Shown here one piece after another: positions 7,801 to 17,607 of a DNA stretch of 32,794 nt; position 1 is the stretch's first letter; each line of letters begins with the position of its first letter. The position numbers and the translations under genes are program-made. A model generated the notes under the pieces. The model was not told where the DNA came from. It did no database searches and saw only the letters and a list, made by a program, of their open reading frames with translations. Origin of the DNA: Akkermansiaceae bacterium (GTDB lineage Bacteria > Verrucomicrobiota > Verrucomicrobiia > Verrucomicrobiales > Akkermansiaceae); contig JBPOGF010000031.1 of assembly GCA_051251915.1 (NCBI GenBank), forward strand, positions 1 through 32,794. Reading direction: 5' to 3'.

Positions 7801-8961
7801 ATGAATTCTCAGAAAGAAAAATTTCGTAAGTTAACTGCTCTATCAGTGGTCTCGGTGGTCTCGGTATCGTTCACTCAGTGTTCGGTGCAGGAGGTGAGGC
7901 AGGATTTTGGTAAGCGAGTGGAGCGGAATGGTAAGTCTTATGCGAGTGAGTTGGCGGCACAGTCTCCGTTTAAGAAGGTGGAGATGTCTTGGAAGAAGGC
8001 GAATGATTTGATGAAGGCTAGGAATCCTAAGTATCAGCAGGCTCTGATAGATCAGCATCAGTCTAAGATCAGGAAGGGGGCGGTGAGTAACTTTACTTTT
8101 GAGGTGCGTAAGAGTCTGAATGATAGTGTGCAGACGACGTTGAATCCGAATGAGATAGCGGCGGCGATGAATAGTCCGGTGAGTACTTTGCCGAGGCAGC
8201 TGAAATCGATTACTGATCTGAAGAATATTTCTCATTCATTGACTCAGTCTGAGTGGGACAGGGTGCTACAGAGCATCAAGGCGGACATTGCGCAGCGTAA
8301 GGAGATGGTGAATCTGCATGTTCTTTTCTGTCAGAATGAAACTATAGATAGAGCGGAGAGCGAGCTGGAAAAGATAGTGAAGTCTGATCCACAACCGCAG
8401 AATAAGGCATTAGCTACGGAGTTAGCGAAGGCGCAGAGTTTACTGAAAAAGGAGCGGAGCGAGTGGCTGGGGCAGGTGAGGAACTTTTACAATGCTGAGT
8501 TTTATGATGTGGAGTTTACGGACTACCGAGCGAAGCTCAATTCTTATCGGCACGTTACGAATCCGGGGTTTTCTGATTGGAAGAGGTGGAGGCTTCTAGA
8601 GAATTCTGAGATGCTGGCTGGTGAGATGCAGAAGGAGCACAATGATGCGAAACCGATGCTGCCTGGGATGAATATGCTGAAGCGTAAACTGGGCGTGATG
8701 GAGATACAGAGCCAGCTTGGGCATCAGAAGGTGCTGAATGAAGAGATGGCGAAGGAAGTGAGGCAGATGCTGAGAGGTTGGCGTGAGTTGAAGGCTGTGC
8801 AGCAGAAGATATTTGCTTCAGAGCTAAGCTATTCTCGATCCAACGTGACGCAGGCGCCGAGTGTTCAGGATGTGAGGCGTATTACGACGGATTTCCAGCT
8901 AAAGAATGAGGAGATTGATAAGATGAAGATTTTCTGGGCGATCGATGAGGATTGCTGGTAG
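7801..8961 (+). CDS. Hypothetical exported or lipoprotein, helical/coiled-coil
   Basis: 386 aa ORF with signal-like N-terminus ending in Cys (SFTQC); no family recognised. Confidence 0.75.
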   Translation: MNSQKEKFRKLTALSVVSVVSVSFTQCSVQEVRQDFGKRVERNGKSYASELAAQSPFKKVEMSWKKANDLMKARNPKYQQALIDQHQSKIRKGAVSNFTFEVRKSLNDSVQTTLNPNEIAAAMNSPVSTLPRQLKSITDLKNISHSLTQSEWDRVLQSIKADIAQRKEMVNLHVLFCQNETIDRAESELEKIVKSDPQPQNKALATELAKAQSLLKKERSEWLGQVRNFYNAEFYDVEFTDYRAKLNSYRHVTNPGFSDWKRWRLLENSEMLAGEMQKEHNDAKPMLPGMNMLKRKLGVMEIQSQLGHQKVLNEEMAKEVRQMLRGWRELKAVQQKIFASELSYSRSNVTQAPSVQDVRRITTDFQLKNEEIDKMKIFWAIDEDCW

Positions 8962-9120
8962 GGCATTATTGACTAGAATTCTACTGTGGTAATTTGAGGT
9001 GCATTGCTGGGGCAGGTGTTGGGATCTGATTTTTTCTGGGCGGTGATTTTTACTGAAATTAGTGCGTGTTTTTCCAGAAATACTGGTTAGAAGTAGTCTG
9101 CACATGAAAGTAATCGTCAT

Positions 9121-9897
9121 ATGAAAGTAATAGCAATCGCAAATCAGAAGGGGGGAGTGGGAAAGACTACGACGACTATCTCGCTAGCAGCTGGGCTGGC
9201 TAAACTGGGGAAGAAGGTATTATTACTAGATCTAGACCCGCAGGCGAATGCGACATCGGGATTGGGGTTGGAGGCTGATAGTAGTATTTATTATCCGCTG
9301 ATTGGTGAGGCGCAGATCTTGGATAAGGTGGTGTCTGCGGAGAGGGAGAATTTATTTATTGTTCCTTCTGGGATGGATCTTTCTGGTGTGGAAATAGAGC
9401 TGGCTCGTAGAGATGACCATCTAACATTTCTGCGTGATATGCTGTCAGGAGTACGTGCGTGCCAGGATTTTGATTATTGTTTGCTGGATACACCACCTAG
9501 TCTGGGAGTGCTGATGACGTCGTCTCTGGCAGCTGCTGATGAGGTGTTGATCCCGTTGCAGTGTGAGTATTTTGGGTTAGAGGGGCTGGCGAAGATTATC
9601 CATATTATTTCGCAGATTAAGGAGAGTGGAGCTGCGCCGGATCTAACGTTAGGAGGCATTATCATGACGATGTATGATGGACGCACGAATCTGTCTAAAC
9701 AGGTGGTGGATGAGGTGACGAAGCATTTTCCTGATCAGGTGTATGAGAGAGTGGTTCCTAGGACGATTCGGATTGGTGAGGCACCGTCATTTGGTAAAAC
9801 GATCTTTGAGCATGACTCAGGGGGATCTGGCTCGAGATCTTATATGGCGATAGCGCATGAGTTCTTGGAGCGACATGGTGACGCACCCGTGGAATAA
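9121..9897 (+). CDS. parA: ParA/Soj family ATPase
   Basis: IANQKGGVGKTTT deviant Walker A, DLDPQANAT, DTPPSLG and IPLQCEYFGLEGL motifs. Confidence 0.93.
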   Translation: MKVIAIANQKGGVGKTTTTISLAAGLAKLGKKVLLLDLDPQANATSGLGLEADSSIYYPLIGEAQILDKVVSAERENLFIVPSGMDLSGVEIELARRDDHLTFLRDMLSGVRACQDFDYCLLDTPPSLGVLMTSSLAAADEVLIPLQCEYFGLEGLAKIIHIISQIKESGAAPDLTLGGIIMTMYDGRTNLSKQVVDEVTKHFPDQVYERVVPRTIRIGEAPSFGKTIFEHDSGGSGSRSYMAIAHEFLERHGDAPVE

Positions 9898-9950
9898 ATT
9901 TTCTAAAAAATGGGTTGCTAATTCTCTAGGGTCGGCTTACAGCTTTTCTT

Positions 9951-10040
9951 GTCAGGAGCTGTGGAGTATTGGCAGGTGAATCCCGCCAGGCCTTAATCGG
10001 AGCAACGGTAATTTGTCCAGTATTGCCGCAGTTTCCTGGC
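9951..10040 (+). ncRNA. ffs: Small bacterial signal recognition particle RNA (4.5S)
   Basis: Long hairpin GTCAGGAGCTGTGG...CCGCAGTTTCCTGGC; domain IV signature GTGAATCCCGCCAGG-CC...GG-AGCAACGGTA; followed by a T-tract. Confidence 0.85.
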
Positions 10041-10153
10041 ACTTTTTTTTGTGTGGTGTGTAAAGTTCATATTAAATGTCACAAAATGTGATTTGAAATG
10101 CAACTATTTGTATGAATGATGGTTTCATCTAAACCAGTATAGTCAAAAAACCT

Positions 10154-12007
10154 ATGTCAGAATTTACCGCTCCTAGTGTGGAGGAACTACAGGACAAGTT
10201 CCCAAACCACCAGATAGAAAGCTTCATTGCCCAAGGGGGAATGGGGGCAGTATATTTAGCGACACAGACTTCATTAGACAGACCGGTGGCTATTAAGATT
10301 TTGCCGAAGGAATTTGGTGAAGATGAGGACTATCGGGTTTCATTTGAGACTGAGGCTAAGGCGATGGCTAAGCTGAACCACTCAAACTTGGTGGGGATTT
10401 ATGATTTTGGTGATCTTGACGGGATGCTGTATATTATCATGGAGTATATTCCTGGGCGGTCATTATTTGATACAGCACATGGGCAACAGGTGGATCAGTT
10501 AGAGGCAGCAAGTTTGATCGCAGATATGTGTGTTGGTTTGGATCATGCGCATTCTGCTGGGATGTTGCACCGTGATATTAAGCCTGCCAATGTGTTGATC
10601 GATGATGAGGCGAAGCCTAAGATTGTGGATTTTGGGCTAGCGCGTCCCTTGGGTGAGGAGCAGAGTGATGGGGTGGTGTTTGGTACTCCTGGATACACGG
10701 CTCCTGAGGTGTTGACGAATCCATTTGCGGTGGATCAGCGTTCAGATATTTTTTCTATGGGGGTGATGCTTTACGAGATGCTTACTGGTCAGTTGCCAGG
10801 GAATCCGGTTGTTCCTGCGTCTAATGTGTCACATTCAGATGCGCGATTTGATGCTATTTTAAGGAAGGCTATTCATCCAGATCCGGCGCAACGCTATGCT
10901 ACAGCGGGAGAGATGGCAGATGCTTTGGATAGTTTGATTAAGCAGTTTGATCAGTCTCCTGGATTGCGTGCAGCTGGTGCCTTGGTAGGGAATTCAGCGG
11001 CGATGGGAGCTGGTGCAATGGCTGGGGGAGGAATCAACATGGCGCCTAAGCCGGTGAAATTAAGTAGTGCTTCTGGAGGTAATTCTGGGATGGTTATGGG
11101 GGTAGTGGCGGCTTTGGCAATAGGAGGTGTGGCGTTTGTGAGTATGGGGGGAGAAGATGAAGCACCTAAGGAGAGTGCTAAGGAGTTGAGTCATTTAGAG
11201 CAGCTAGCATTAGAGGAGGATGAAAGAGCTGAGAAGGAGAATCAGGTGAGGATTCGTAAGGAGAAGGCTCAGAAGTTACGAGAGGATAGGGCTGAAAGGG
11301 CACGTTTGGCAGCTGAGCAGAGAATGAGGTTAGCTGCGGAGAAGAACTTAGAAAGCAAAGCCCCTCTAAATGGGACTCAAGAAGGGGAAGAAGGCGTACT
11401 ATTCCTGACTGAGCAAGGTGGAGATGAAGGTTCCATTCAGGATGCTATAGATAAAGCAATGGGAGGAGCTGGGGCTGGAGATACGGCATCCGAGATTACT
11501 ACAACAGAAGAGGCTAAATATGATTATGTAGGGTTTCTTACTGAAGCGAGGACTGATGTTACAGCTAGTTCGGCTAGTGTTCTGGGAGATTATAAGGAGA
11601 TAATAGATGGAGAGGAAGAGGAGGTTATGGATCTTTTGGCTGAGCTGAGAATGAATCCAGAGCGAAAGGTGAGAGTTGAGGAATGGTTGGTTGAATTTTT
11701 TGAGGAATGGAGGGAAAATGCTATTAAACCATCTATTCCAGAGCGAATGCCTCCTAGGGTTGAGGTGAGGCTTGGAGAGTTTGTCGCTGAAATGGTGGAA
11801 GCGGATGCGAAGCGCGATGAAGATTTACAGAGATATAACAAGGCCTACGCTGATGTAATACGTAAGAAGGGGTCAGAACTTTATAAGAATGAAATGATGG
11901 TCTCTGTGGAGGCTCTTAAGGCTGAGCTAGATGCTCTGGATAAGGAGGGGTATTTCTATGCGATTCTCTGCGGAAAGGACCCTCAGCCGGAAGATTTTGA
12001 GGAGTAG
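10154..12007 (+). CDS. Membrane-anchored Hanks-type Ser/Thr protein kinase
   Basis: GGMGAVY, VAIK, HRDIKPAN, DFGLA and GTPGYTAPE motifs; TM helix near aa 315-333; acidic coiled-coil C-terminus. Confidence 0.93.
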   Translation: MSEFTAPSVEELQDKFPNHQIESFIAQGGMGAVYLATQTSLDRPVAIKILPKEFGEDEDYRVSFETEAKAMAKLNHSNLVGIYDFGDLDGMLYIIMEYIPGRSLFDTAHGQQVDQLEAASLIADMCVGLDHAHSAGMLHRDIKPANVLIDDEAKPKIVDFGLARPLGEEQSDGVVFGTPGYTAPEVLTNPFAVDQRSDIFSMGVMLYEMLTGQLPGNPVVPASNVSHSDARFDAILRKAIHPDPAQRYATAGEMADALDSLIKQFDQSPGLRAAGALVGNSAAMGAGAMAGGGINMAPKPVKLSSASGGNSGMVMGVVAALAIGGVAFVSMGGEDEAPKESAKELSHLEQLALEEDERAEKENQVRIRKEKAQKLREDRAERARLAAEQRMRLAAEKNLESKAPLNGTQEGEEGVLFLTEQGGDEGSIQDAIDKAMGGAGAGDTASEITTTEEAKYDYVGFLTEARTDVTASSASVLGDYKEIIDGEEEEVMDLLAELRMNPERKVRVEEWLVEFFEEWRENAIKPSIPERMPPRVEVRLGEFVAEMVEADAKRDEDLQRYNKAYADVIRKKGSELYKNEMMVSVEALKAELDALDKEGYFYAILCGKDPQPEDFEE

Positions 12008-12036
12008 GTTATTTTGAGGAATAGGTTATGGTGCTC

Positions 12037-12071
12037 AGCCTGGTAGAACTTGAATTCTAGCAGGCTTTTTT
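12037..12071 (+). terminator. Intrinsic terminator after the kinase gene
   Basis: AGCCTG-GTAGAA-CTTGAA-TTCTAG-CAGGCT followed by a T run. Confidence 0.7.
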
Positions 12072-12082
12072 CTAGCACTTAA

Positions 12083-13162
12083 CTATGTGTTGTCTGCATC
12101 AATAGCATCCAGATAGCGTGGTCTCATGATGGCTTGGATGATGAATCCTAGGCCGATGACTATCATGAAGAGTGAGAGGAATTGTCCCATGGTGAAGGTG
12201 GTGCCGAGGAAGGTGACGTCTTCTGTTTCTTGTTGGCGGAAATTTTCCATGGTGATGCGGAAGACTGCGTAGAAGAAGAAGAACATACCGGTGAGGATTC
12301 CGTGAGGCAGTTTACGGAAGCACATTCTGGTGATGAAGAGGATGAGGAATAAGCCTAGCCCTTCACCCGCAGCTTGGAAGAGTTGTGACGGGTAGCGAGG
12401 TTCGAGTAGTTCACCAATAGCCTGTCTGACTGGTTCGTGGTCACGTATGACGGCGTTGAGTCTGGTGCTTTCTTGGTTGGCTAGAGATAGCCATTCGTTG
12501 TATTGTGCACTACCTGGTTGGTATCCGTAGACGCGGATATTGTCGCTTAGCTGTTGGACTTTTTCTAGGTATGTGGCGTAGTTCGGGTCAGCATTAGCGG
12601 CGATTTGGTTGGCTTGAAATTGGTTTTCGAATTCGGGAGCAGTGCTATCGAAGAGGGTTTTAGGGAACTTCATGGACCAAGCGAATGTCTTATCGATTCT
12701 GCCGTAGAGCTCGCCATTGATGAAATTTGCAATTCTGCCAAACATGACACCGAGTGGGGCTACGACGCAGAGGCCATCACCGAGTCCGGTCCAGGATACT
12801 TTCTTTTTATAGGAGTAGACGAGGGTGAAAATCATCAGTCCTAGGATGCCACCGTGGGAGGCCATTCCACCTTCCCAGACCTTGAAGATCACACTTGGGT
12901 TTGCTACGAATTCGTCCCATTGGTAGAAAATGATATTTCCGATACGTCCGCCGAGAAAGACGCCGAAGACGGCGGCTAGGGTGATGAAGTCACTGGCTTT
13001 ATCTCCTGGTAGAACCCAGAGTTTTTTGTCTCCTAGTCTCTTTAGTAAGAGGAATCCGACTACAAATGCGAGTAGATACGCTAGTCCATACCAACGTAGT
13101 TTGAGGGCATCGTTGATGGAGAAGATGACGGGATTGATATTATGGACGTATGTTGCGAGCAC
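12083..13162 (-). CDS. lgt: Prolipoprotein diacylglyceryl transferase
   Basis: LRWYGLAY, VWEGGMASHGG, GRIANFINGELYGR, PSQL and TMGQFLS motifs. Confidence 0.96.
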   Translation of the reverse strand: MLATYVHNINPVIFSINDALKLRWYGLAYLLAFVVGFLLLKRLGDKKLWVLPGDKASDFITLAAVFGVFLGGRIGNIIFYQWDEFVANPSVIFKVWEGGMASHGGILGLMIFTLVYSYKKKVSWTGLGDGLCVVAPLGVMFGRIANFINGELYGRIDKTFAWSMKFPKTLFDSTAPEFENQFQANQIAANADPNYATYLEKVQQLSDNIRVYGYQPGSAQYNEWLSLANQESTRLNAVIRDHEPVRQAIGELLEPRYPSQLFQAAGEGLGLFLILFITRMCFRKLPHGILTGMFFFFYAVFRITMENFRQQETEDVTFLGTTFTMGQFLSLFMIVIGLGFIIQAIMRPRYLDAIDADNT

Positions 13163-13217
13163 GGCGGCATCATATTGAGAGAATTTTAGATGTAAAGCAT
13201 CTGACGCAAAAGGTCTT

Positions 13218-13253
13218 AAAAAAAGAAACCTGCACCAGAGTGTGGAGCAGGTT
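13218..13253 (-). terminator. Intrinsic terminator for the small membrane protein gene
   Basis: AACCTGC...GCAGGTT hairpin with an A-tract to its left (U-tract on the minus strand). Confidence 0.65.
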
Positions 13254-13281
13254 GTTAAGGTGTTACTGAAAATATGAAGTT

Positions 13282-13554
13282 TTACTTCTTTAGGATCATG
13301 TTCTTAATGAAGCCAATAATGGTCATGAGGACGCCACCACCAGCGGCTCCAGCTACGGCTGCGTCACCTTGAGGGTCTCCTGTGAGGTTGCCAAGAAGAT
13401 CTCCAAGTCCAGGTGTGTTGGCTAGACCACCGAGGAGTCCGCCAAGACCGCCTGTTAGCAAGTTACCCATTTTGCCTAAGCTGAGCTTTTTAAGAGCTTC
13501 ACCGATGCCGCCACCACCGAGGAGGCCTGCTATAATGCTGATTATTATTTCCAT
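13282..13554 (-). CDS. Small glycine-rich membrane protein
   Basis: 90 aa; GLLGGGG and GGLGGLLG glycine-zipper helices; C-terminal GGGVLMTIIGFIKN; has its own terminator. Confidence 0.8.
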   Translation of the reverse strand: MEIIISIIAGLLGGGGIGEALKKLSLGKMGNLLTGGLGGLLGGLANTPGLGDLLGNLTGDPQGDAAVAGAAGGGVLMTIIGFIKNMILKK

Positions 13555-13690
13555 ATACCAATGAAATTAGTTAACGGTCTCTCATCTGTCAATAGGGTAG
13601 AATTGATATGAAATATCCATTAAATGATAAAATATGTTGGAATCATCGGTATTAAAAGTAGGGTATTTATGAATCACTACTATATATTTT

Positions 13691-15640
13691 ATGAAACGAA
13701 GTAATCTAATCACAGCGCTTGTTGCGGGGCTTATTTTGTCGGTTTCGACAATCTCATACGGACAGAAAGCAGAAATCACGCGTGCACCTTACGTTCAACT
13801 TGCTACGGAAAGTTCACAGGTCATCGTATGGCGTACGGATGGTGAGATCAAGCCGGTGGTGAGGATAGGAACGTCTGTGGATAAGCTGGATATTCCCAAG
13901 GTGAAGATTCTGGTGAAGCATAGCGAGCATCTTGCGCAGGGAAAGGCGGTGACTAGAGCTCCGGAGGGGACGATGCAGTATGAGGCTTATATTTCGGATC
14001 TAGCGCCTGATACGACTTACTATTACGCAGTTTATCACGGTGACCAGCGAGTGACTCCATCTGATAAGAGTTATCATTTTAAAACTCACCCTAAAATAGG
14101 AACTAAGGGCGCAACTAAATTTTGGATCGTGGGGGATTCTGGCACTGGTGGGAAAGACCAGAAGCTGGTGCATGAGGGGATGAAGAAATACCTTGGTGGT
14201 CAGAAGCTGGATGGCTATCTGCATGTGGGCGATATGGCTTATGGTTCTGGAACGGATAAGGAATTTTCCAATAAATTCTTTCCGATGTATGATGAGACTT
14301 TGAGGAATACTGTCTGCTGGGCGTCTATGGGAAACCATGAGGGGAAATCGTCTGCGGGGGAGACTGCGATCGGGCCTTACTATGATGCTTATGTATTACC
14401 GTCTAAGGCTGAGGCTGGTGGGGTGCCTTCTGGGACTGAGACTTATTATTCATTTGATTACGGGAATGTACATTTTATTTGTCTTAATTCGCATGATCTA
14501 GATCGTAGTCCTACGGCTGCGATGGCGCAGTGGTTGAAGGCTGACTTGGAGAAGACGAAGGCGGACTGGTTGGTTGCGTTTTTTCACCATCCTCCTTACA
14601 CCAAAGGATCTCATGATAGTGACACGGAGATTCAGTTAGTGGAAATGCGTGAGAACATCATGCCCATTCTTGAGTCTGGTGGTGTGGATGTGGTATTTAC
14701 CGGGCACTCACACATTTACGAGCGCTCGATGCTTATTGATGGAGCTTATCAGACACCGAGCGTTAATAAAGGTGTGGTTCTTGATGATGGTGATGGTAGC
14801 CCGCGTGAAGGTGGAGATGGTAGTTATAAGAAGAGTGGGGGATTAGCTGCGAATAATGGTACGGTGCAGGTGGTGGCTGGGCATGGAGGAACTACTTTGC
14901 GGAGGAAGGGTAATCACGTGCTTATGAGTAAGGTTATTTTGATGCATGGTTCGGTGATCATGGATACTGAGGGTAATAAACTGAGTTTGAAAATGATTAG
15001 CTATAATGGTGAAGAGGAAGATTATTGTGTGATTGAGAAAGGTGGTAAGGTGGAGCGCCATATTGTGGCTAATCCTAGAGATCCGGTTTTGAAAATTGAT
15101 AAGAAGTTCCTAACCCAGACGGGAGCTAAGCTGCCTAAGAAACATCAGCCGGTGATAGAGAAACATGCTGAGTGGGATTATCTAGCTGGTGTGAATCTGC
15201 ATCCTGCGAAAGGTTGGACTGGTGTGAATTTTGATATTTCAAACTGGAAGAAGGGTAAGGCTGGGTTTGGCTATAGTGACAAGGACGATAATACGATTCT
15301 TGATATGAGAGATAAATATACGGTTGTTTATACGCGTAAGGAGTTTGTGATTGATGATCTGTCAAAACTCAAAGGGATAGGCTTGGCGGCGAAGTATGAT
15401 GATGGATTTATTGCTTATCTCAATGGTGTTCCGATAATCCGTGCGCTAGTGGACTACGGCGCAGGGGCTACTGCGAAGGGGTTCCATAAGCATGAGGCGA
15501 AGAACTACGAATTTTTTCCGTTACAGAAACATATGAAGCTATTTAAGAAAGGGAAGAATGTCCTTGCTATCGAGGGGCATAATGCTGATTTGAGTAGTTC
15601 GGATTTCACCTTGGATGCGTTTCTGACTGTTAGGAAATGA
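13691..15640 (+). CDS. Exported purple acid phosphatase-like metallophosphoesterase with a C-terminal beta-sandwich domain
   Basis: Signal peptide; FN3-like N-domain; GDSG, GDMAY, GNHE, FFHHPPY and GHSH metal motifs; C-terminal YDDGFIAYLNG...GKNVLAIEGHN domain. Confidence 0.9.
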   Translation: MKRSNLITALVAGLILSVSTISYGQKAEITRAPYVQLATESSQVIVWRTDGEIKPVVRIGTSVDKLDIPKVKILVKHSEHLAQGKAVTRAPEGTMQYEAYISDLAPDTTYYYAVYHGDQRVTPSDKSYHFKTHPKIGTKGATKFWIVGDSGTGGKDQKLVHEGMKKYLGGQKLDGYLHVGDMAYGSGTDKEFSNKFFPMYDETLRNTVCWASMGNHEGKSSAGETAIGPYYDAYVLPSKAEAGGVPSGTETYYSFDYGNVHFICLNSHDLDRSPTAAMAQWLKADLEKTKADWLVAFFHHPPYTKGSHDSDTEIQLVEMRENIMPILESGGVDVVFTGHSHIYERSMLIDGAYQTPSVNKGVVLDDGDGSPREGGDGSYKKSGGLAANNGTVQVVAGHGGTTLRRKGNHVLMSKVILMHGSVIMDTEGNKLSLKMISYNGEEEDYCVIEKGGKVERHIVANPRDPVLKIDKKFLTQTGAKLPKKHQPVIEKHAEWDYLAGVNLHPAKGWTGVNFDISNWKKGKAGFGYSDKDDNTILDMRDKYTVVYTRKEFVIDDLSKLKGIGLAAKYDDGFIAYLNGVPIIRALVDYGAGATAKGFHKHEAKNYEFFPLQKHMKLFKKGKNVLAIEGHNADLSSSDFTLDAFLTVRK

Positions 15641-16551
15641 TGCTGAGAGTTGCTGCCATAACGCTTTGTATGGGCTGTAGTGTTTTGTTTGCTCATGAGG
15701 ATCCTCATGATGTGATTCACTCGCTGACGCACCGGTTAGAGCATGCGGAGTCTGCGGATAAAGCGGATTTGTATTTCAAGCGTGCTGTTGAGTATAGGGC
15801 GTCTGGTCAGAAGCTGAAAGCTCAAAAAGATCTGCTGAGATATACCGCATTGAAACCTGATGACCACGTTGGGTGGTTGGAGTTGGGGAGGGTGGAAGCT
15901 GATGGGGTGGCTAGGCTTGGGTATTTGTTGCGGTCATTAGTTTTAGCCGAATCTGATCATGAGAAGTCGATGAGTAACTATGGGTTGGCTGAGCATTTTT
16001 ATGAGGGTAAAGCTTATTCGGTTGCTCTGGATTACTGTGAGGAATCGATCCTGTTAGGGGGTGAGAAAGCTCTTACGCCTTTGTTGTTTAAGTCGCATCT
16101 TCTTTGGCGGCTTGGTGAGCTGGGGCAGCGTGTGGAATTTCTGACAAAGGCTAAGGAAGGGAATCAGAGTATTGTGCTGGAAAATGCTTGGGTCGATGCG
16201 GTGATCGATGCGGGTCAGGGTGATAAAGTGAAGGATCTGATCGTGAAGGAAATGGAAGGGTCGCGTTTTAAAAGTAGCTGGCTAATCAGGGCGGCACGAT
16301 GTGAAGCTGAGGGGAGTGTGAAGCGGAAGGAATACGCGCAATTAGCGATTAATGAAATACAACTGAGGCTGAATGTGAAGCGTCCTGATGTGACTTTATT
16401 GATGGATCTAGCGCGTGCATTTATGCTCTTAGGTGAGCATGATGAGGCGGTGCATTATTTGAAGCACGTGCGTTTACAGGATTTCAATCCTTGGGCAGTG
16501 GCTGAGCTGGAGCAGGAAATAAAGATGAGTGTTGCTGCTCCTAGCGAGTAA
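15637..16551 (+). CDS. Exported TPR-like helical repeat protein
   Basis: Signal peptide ending LFA/HED; TPR-like helices (LYFKRAVEY, LARAFMLLGEHDEAVHYL); ATGA overlap with the phosphatase gene. Confidence 0.7.
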   Translation: MMLRVAAITLCMGCSVLFAHEDPHDVIHSLTHRLEHAESADKADLYFKRAVEYRASGQKLKAQKDLLRYTALKPDDHVGWLELGRVEADGVARLGYLLRSLVLAESDHEKSMSNYGLAEHFYEGKAYSVALDYCEESILLGGEKALTPLLFKSHLLWRLGELGQRVEFLTKAKEGNQSIVLENAWVDAVIDAGQGDKVKDLIVKEMEGSRFKSSWLIRAARCEAEGSVKRKEYAQLAINEIQLRLNVKRPDVTLLMDLARAFMLLGEHDEAVHYLKHVRLQDFNPWAVAELEQEIKMSVAAPSE

Positions 16552-16557
16552 TGTGGA

Positions 16558-17607
16558 TTATTTTTTATTGGTGAATCTGTAGTGTGAGACAAACCATTCT
16601 TCGCCGTTGCGGAAGCCCCAGAGCTCGGCGCATGCCATGTAGAAGCAGCGCCAGTAAACCCACCATTTTACGGCCTGATCTTTGCCGTAGGTTTCTTCGA
16701 CTAGGGGGAAGAGTTGTTGTTTGTTTTTGTCCATGAGGTAGAGCCAGGCGTTGCTGGTTCTTTCGTAGTGGGTGCCGTTTACTTGCCAGTGATCTTCGAT
16801 GCTGAGGTGATCTTGGAAGTAGAGGAGCAGGTCATCTGAGGGCATTTGACCGCCGGTGAAGAAGTAGCGGCTCATCCAGTCATCTTCGCTTTCTATCTCG
16901 TAGTGGTATGAGGTGTCTTTGTGGGTGAATATGTGGACGAAGAGTTTGCCATCGGGTTTGAGCCACTCGCTGATTCTTGTGAGTAGGAGCTGGTAGTTTT
17001 TCATGTGCTCGAACATTTCTACGGAGACGACGCGGTCAAAGATGCTATCGCCTTCGCCTCGGTAGTCGATCATGTTGATGGTTTTGACGGTGACGTTGTT
17101 TAGGCCGCGTTCTTCGAGTTGTGAGTTGATGAATTCTCGCTGGGAGTTGGAGTTGGAGATGACGGTGATTTCTGAGTTTGGGAAGTGTTTCGCCATCCAG
17201 AGGGTGAGTGATCCCCAGCCGCAGCCTAGTTCTAGGATGCGGTGTCCGTCTGTGATGTCAGCGCGTTCACAGGTAAGTTTTAGCATGCGGGCTTCTGAGG
17301 CTTCGATGTCGCTGCTAGTTTCGCCGTCTGCCCAGTAGCCTGAGCTGTATTTGAGATGTGGACCAAGGCAGCCTTGGAAGAACTTTGTGGGGAGCTCGTA
17401 GTGCTGTTCGTTTGCTTCATCTGTGGCGATGGCTAGTGGGCTACTTTTGAGTTCGTTGACGTGCTTGATGAGTGCGGCTTGTCTATCTTCGCAGTTTTCA
17501 GGGCGGACTTTTTCTAGTGTTTTGAGGAGACGTTTTCTGATACCGAAACGGATGAGTGAGTCTGGGATGCGGTCGTTTTCTAGCCAGTCGTTGATGTCTA
17601 ATTTCAT
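16558..17607 (-). CDS. SAM-dependent methyltransferase, CMAS/coclaurine N-methyltransferase-like
   Basis: ANEQHYE, LKYSSGYW, ILELGCGWGS and FDRVVSVEMFEHMKNY motifs. Confidence 0.9.
   Translation of the reverse strand: MKLDINDWLENDRIPDSLIRFGIRKRLLKTLEKVRPENCEDRQAALIKHVNELKSSPLAIATDEANEQHYELPTKFFQGCLGPHLKYSSGYWADGETSSDIEASEARMLKLTCERADITDGHRILELGCGWGSLTLWMAKHFPNSEITVISNSNSQREFINSQLEERGLNNVTVKTINMIDYRGEGDSIFDRVVSVEMFEHMKNYQLLLTRISEWLKPDGKLFVHIFTHKDTSYHYEIESEDDWMSRYFFTGGQMPSDDLLLYFQDHLSIEDHWQVNGTHYERTSNAWLYLMDKNKQQLFPLVEETYGKDQAVKWWVYWRCFYMACAELWGFRNGEEWFVSHYRFTNKK

Noticed and set aside
9121..10153. parABS locus or plasmid partition module
   Set aside because: No parB and no GTTTCACGTGAAAC-type parS seen; neighbours are chromosomal genes.
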